A DNA stretch of 64,000 bases from Eledone cirrhosa. Taxonomy: Eukaryota. The first letter of the stretch is position 1. Each line of letters opens with the position of its first letter. The position numbers were made by a program, and so were the translations under genes. The notes under the pieces are model-generated. The model ran no database searches. It was not told the origin of the DNA and saw only the letters and a list, made by a program, of their open reading frames with translations. The stretch spans positions 20,832,001-20,896,000 of the forward strand of contig OZ024742.1 in the NCBI GenBank assembly GCA_964016885.1, given 5' to 3'. This document shows, in pieces, positions 58,954-64,000 of this stretch.

Positions 58954-59043
58954 ATATATATATATAGCGAGGGAAAAGTGGTAAGGAACCAGAATTAGCC
59001 GTCGAAACGGCTTGAGCTCAGCCGTCGGGGTCTTACTTACTCC

Positions 59044-59074
<31 letters not shown>

Positions 59075-59345
59075 GTATATATATCAGATTGTATGTGTGT
59101 GTTTGTGTGTGTTTCTGTGTGTGTGTGTGCGTGGAATAAATAACATAGGAACAGAATATACATAGCAAATGTCATTATTTATGCAGTCCCATACACTGAA
59201 TATCCCCCCCCCCACATATATATACGTGTGCATACACACACACACACACGTACGCACACCCACACACCCACACCCACACACGCACACATATATATATATA
59301 CATATACGTGTGCATACATACACACACACACACACGCACCCCACC

Positions 59346-59391
<46 letters not shown>

Positions 59392-62174
59392 GTGTGCATG
59401 CATCTATTTGTGAGGGTATGTGTCTGTGTGTACCTGTCGTGTCGTGTAGTTGTGTTTTGATTGTATGTGTGTCTGTGTGTGTGCTATAGACCTGGAAACA
59501 ATAGCAGTAAAATGAGACCACAAATATATTTATGTTAAAGATCAGTCACGATATTAACAATCTAGTGTTGAAGTAGTAAGAACGATGAGGTAGAAACACA
59601 TTGGGAAATGGAGTATATCTATAATATGTACCGAACAAAAGCAAAGACATATGGAAAATATAGAAACAAATTAGGTGAATATTCATAATCTTATTCAACT
59701 TCAATATACCATATTGTCTCACATCTTTAAACATTATACTTTAATGTGTATTTATTTACCATCATTATTTTCCAATGTCTCATAAATCTCGTAAAAGAAA
59801 ATCTATATCCATACAGAATGCAACTGGAAAGAATGCACCATTTTATTTGTTTTGGTTTATTAAATTTGTGGATTTTATCTAAAAAATTCCACATTGACTT
59901 TAAATTTCAAAGTATATATTGATTGCTTTTTTCAATTTACTGTTGAATACATTATATAAAATTCATAAATTCATGTGTTGTTCAATCAATTCCGCAGATA
60001 TTTCCGAACACATAACACTTTTGTCATTAATGCGTTATGTATGTGTAAATTAATAAATAGATATTTTAACAACCACACTTTCCTATATTCCATAACCTTC
60101 GTACAACGTTCTTAGTTTGGTTTCTAATTTAAACGACTGTATGATTTAATAGATATGGACCACTGACAGTGGCGACGTATGTTAATTCCCTAATAGCGGT
60201 TGAGATTTTCACCATTGCTGCTATAGTTTAGCAGCAGGAAAATGAGAAAAAATATTGTTCCATTGCAAGTTGTGAAATATTTAAATCGAACAATATTTTT
60301 AATTAAATACAAAATTCTTGTTAAAACATATTTTTGTGAATATTTCTGAGGTTGCGGAGTATTGCTGTGGACACAAAATGGCTGAATGGTTAAGGCATTC
60401 GCTTCACAATCATTAGGTCTCAAGTTCGATCCCACTGCGTGTCATCTTAGGCTTGTGTCATTTAATATAATCCCAGGTTCATCCATGCTTTTTGAGTGAA
60501 ATTGGGTTGATGTAAACTGTTTGGGAGCCCGACATGGCGACTGTATGTAATAAAGAAGACTTCCATGTTATGCTGTGCGTTTCACTTTATCTCCTTTAGT
60601 ATTACGTTATGTGTACGCATGTCTGTAGAATGCTCAGCCATACATGGTAATTTCCTGAGCAGACTCTTCCTTGATTGAATAATTAGAATTCTTATTGTCG
60701 ATGGGGGCCCTAACGACTAATCACAAACCTTTTAATAGTAGAATTCCCTATTGCTACATTCGAAGCTTAATTCTATCGGTCTCACCTCTGTTAAATCCGT
60801 CACCGGTCGTAGGACAAGTTCCAGGTATATATCGATTTCATTTCATCAAATATACCTGTCTCCAACATATTTCTGCTGTGACACATTTATATATTTACCA
60901 CACCTATATCATTAATTTCTCTGGCAAATAATGATTTCTTACAGCCTTTTATAATTACTTCCAAAATATAACATAAATATATCTAAATGTGAGATGATGG
61001 TTATAAATGTACGTTGTCCCTATATCTCCCATTCTGATTGAAGAAGTTTCATGTTTCACTCTATCAATCCAAAAGGCGAATGCTTAAACATTAAAGCTCC
61101 TCTTTCCATATTTGATAAGGCCGAGCTAAGAGATGCGGGAGAGATCCTATAGCGACTTAGCATTTAAGAGGAAGGCAGGAGGAAGTAAGGTCTTGATAAG
61201 CCGAAGAGACTTCATTATTTCTAATATTAATTTCTATATTAATAGGGCGGTGGATTGGCAGTATCGGTAGAGGGTCGGACGCCATGCTTTCCAGCATAGT
61301 TACGTCCCTTTACGATCTGAGTTCAAATCCCGTCGAGGTTGACTTTGCTTTTCATCCTTACGGGGTCGATAAAATAAAGTACCAGTAATGCACTGGGTAA
61401 TTGCTGGCCTTGTTCCTAAAGTAGAAACAATTATTTCTAATATTAATTGAACGCATTTCATTTCCCTTACGTTTTTTTCATAAATATGAACATCACATCT
61501 TCCTTTTGATCCTGTAGGTGTTTGTTGTTGCCACATGAAGCAAATTTTTCTGTAAATTTAAGGGAGATAGTTTAAGATAGACGTTCTCAGTGAACCACGT
61601 CCAATATCAGGTTTCGGAATCACTGGAATCTCCTTCACGGAAGAAGGAAACATTACTCTATAGCAACCACATTTCCATCTCGTATATAGGACGTACTTAG
61701 GCAATACGGTTATATTAGAATATATCTGTGAATGACAACGCCGGATTCACCAAAATTTTAATTCTAAACTTGAACGAAATTGTTCAAGAAACGTTGGTCT
61801 CATTGATACCAATCTTTATATCTCACGCCCCTTTACTGTATAGAAAATGTTTACTTTTAAATAGTGGATCCATATTGGCACACCGGGACACTGTCCTGCG
61901 CTGAGATGAAGACAGGTGCATGGAAATAAATAAATCATATTTAGAAAATGCGAAAACGATACAGAATTAAATACGAATGCCTCTTTTATTGTATCACGTT
62001 GTAAGTGTTTAATATGTTTTTTATAGTTGAAATAATATATTTATAGTTTTAAATATATTAATACTTTCATAACTTTATTAATAAATTGCGCAAACCTATC
62101 TATATGATGTATTTTCTCTGATATCTCGCCCTCCCTTTCTCTCTCTCTCTCTTTCTCTCTTTCTCTCTCTATCT

Positions 62175-62215
62175 TTCTATCTGATGAAGGACTAGCGTCT
62201 GAAACGTTAAGACCC
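62175..62215 (+). ncRNA. Minimal hammerhead motif
   Basis: CTGATGA-AGGAC-TAGC-GTCT-GAAA-CGTTAAG at 62181-62211. Confidence 0.55.
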
Positions 62216-62744
62216 TCTTCCTGCTATATCAGGCGTTAACCTAATATATCCCTTCCATATACTGTACCGATTGAGTTGTTATTTCTGTTTACCTTTTACA
62301 TACATATATATTTATATATACACATATATATATATTTGCAATAGAGTGCTGCGACTAAAATCTACTCTTCAACAGAAGTGGTTTCATCTTCAGCTGTAAT
62401 ATATATTTAACTTGATTACATCTCTGGTTTTAAATGGAAACACCTTGCAGGGTGCTTCTGTAGCCGCAAAATAAGTAATTAGATATTTTGTGAGATATCA
62501 TATCTTATTTTTATAACAAGAGTTAGGCGAAGAATCAAGCAAATTATATATATCGTTACCAAAGTTACCAAAGTTTAGTTCTAATTTATCAATGGAGTTC
62601 CATTGTAGATGTCTTTGCTGCTGTTCTGGTCATGTCCGTTAATGATATGTAATGCGGCCATTTCTGTGTATTCGAATTCATACCCTCAATAGATGAGATA
62701 GAAGAATTAACAAGATGTTGAATGGTGAATACACTCACCCACCT

Positions 62745-62792
<48 letters not shown>

Positions 62793-62797
<5 letters not shown>

Positions 62798-63800
62798 TAT
62801 GTATACGTACATACATATATGCATACAGACGTACAGTAGTATGTATATATATATATACATACATGGACACACATATATATATGTACGTATGGATTCACCA
62901 AACATTTATTATAATGCTCGGTGTGTTTGTAAACGAACATCCCGTATTAAGCCGTAGTGTCTAGCAACCACCGTTGCTCGTTTGTTCAACACTGACAAAG
63001 GAACGCTGTACTAGTTTCAAGCTTGTTCGCTATCATCAGCAACGTATACCTTCCTGCCATATAGTTCAACGTCCGAAAGTATATACTTTCCTTATGCATA
63101 TTAACGGCTGAATAACCCACTTTGCATATCGAGTGGGTTAATCGGCCGGGTGCACCGTATACGATAAACGAAAAAAATGAAACGAAATTTCATTTAAAAC
63201 TCTTAGTACGGCTGTTACGTAAATATAAGTATGTATACGTACATACATATATGTAGTATACAGACGAACAGTAGTTTGTATATATATATACATACATGCA
63301 CACATATATATATGTACGTATGGATTCACCAAACATTTATTATAATGCTCGGTGTGTTTGTAAACAAACATCCCGTATTAAGCCGTAGTGTCTAGCAACC
63401 ACCGTTGCTCGTTTGTTGAACACTGACAAAGGAAGCCGTTAATATGCATAAGGAAAGTATATACTTTCGGACGTTCAAACTATATGGCACGAAGGTATAC
63501 ATTGCTGACGATAGCTAACAAGCTTGAAACTAGTACAGCGTTCCTTTGTCAGTGTTGAACAACGATGGTTGTTAGACACTACGGCTTAATACGGGATGTT
63601 TGTTTACAAACATACCGAGCATTATAATAAATGTTTGGTTAATCCATACGTACATATATATATGTGTCCATGTATGTATATATATATATACATACAACTG
63701 TTCGTCTGTATACTTATATGTATATACGTATACATACTTATATTTAAGTAACCGCCGTACTAAGAGTGGGAAAGGAATTTTCGTTTCATTTTTCCGTTTA
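62793..63800. mobile_element. Tandem plus inverted array of a hammerhead-bearing pLTR-like unit (family M)
   Basis: Direct copies at 62793-63135 and 63165-63433, an inverted copy at 63434-63800, and another starting near 63950. TTG-CTGA(T/C)GA-TAGC(G/T)AACAAGCTT-GAAA-CTAG-TA-CAGC at 63005-63043 (minus) and 63502-63539 (plus). Confidence 0.8.
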
Positions 63801-63805
63801 TATAT

Positions 63806-63906
<101 letters not shown>

Positions 63907-64000
63907 CATATAGTATATATTACTATATATATATGTATATATATATGGAATAGAATGAAACGAAATTTAATTTCTCACTCTTAGTACGGCATTTACTTAA

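Noticed and set aside
61245-61335. tRNA genes suggested by A/B-box motifs
   Set aside because: No cloverleaf is evident and each is followed by the same SINE core and tail. These are SINE heads.

Overview
AT-rich, microsatellite-laden animal genomic DNA. The SINE repertoire, long (TA)n tracts and Penelope load suggest an octopus or other coleoid cephalopod; this is inference. One intact host coding region is visible: a single-exon class A GPCR (51490-52707, minus strand) with a splice acceptor directly before its ATG. The rest is mostly mobile DNA: two Penelope-like retroelement (PLE) families (an RT + GIY-YIG copy with inverted pseudo-LTRs at 44.5-48.6 kb, and GIY-YIG-only copies at 17.3-18.4 kb and 41.9-43.3 kb), R4/Dong-like and CRE-like non-LTR fragments, a minisatellite derived from a CRE endonuclease motif, a non-autonomous Helitron, piggyBac- and Tc1-like MITEs, a pogo transposase fossil and many tRNA-derived SINE copies. 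The first 3.3 kb is a compact, foreign-looking block with a tiny-intron SGNH esterase and a TIR-bounded GC-rich cargo. The most notable signal is about 15 short, ORF-less fold-back elements from roughly ten unrelated families, almost all sitting in (TA)n tracts. Most carry a minimal type I hammerhead-ribozyme motif in each arm and an unpaired tail on one arm only. Several have non-canonical cores (CCGAnGA, CAGAAGA) or a roughly 115-nt stem II. Motifs and pairings were read by eye; none was computed, searched or tested.
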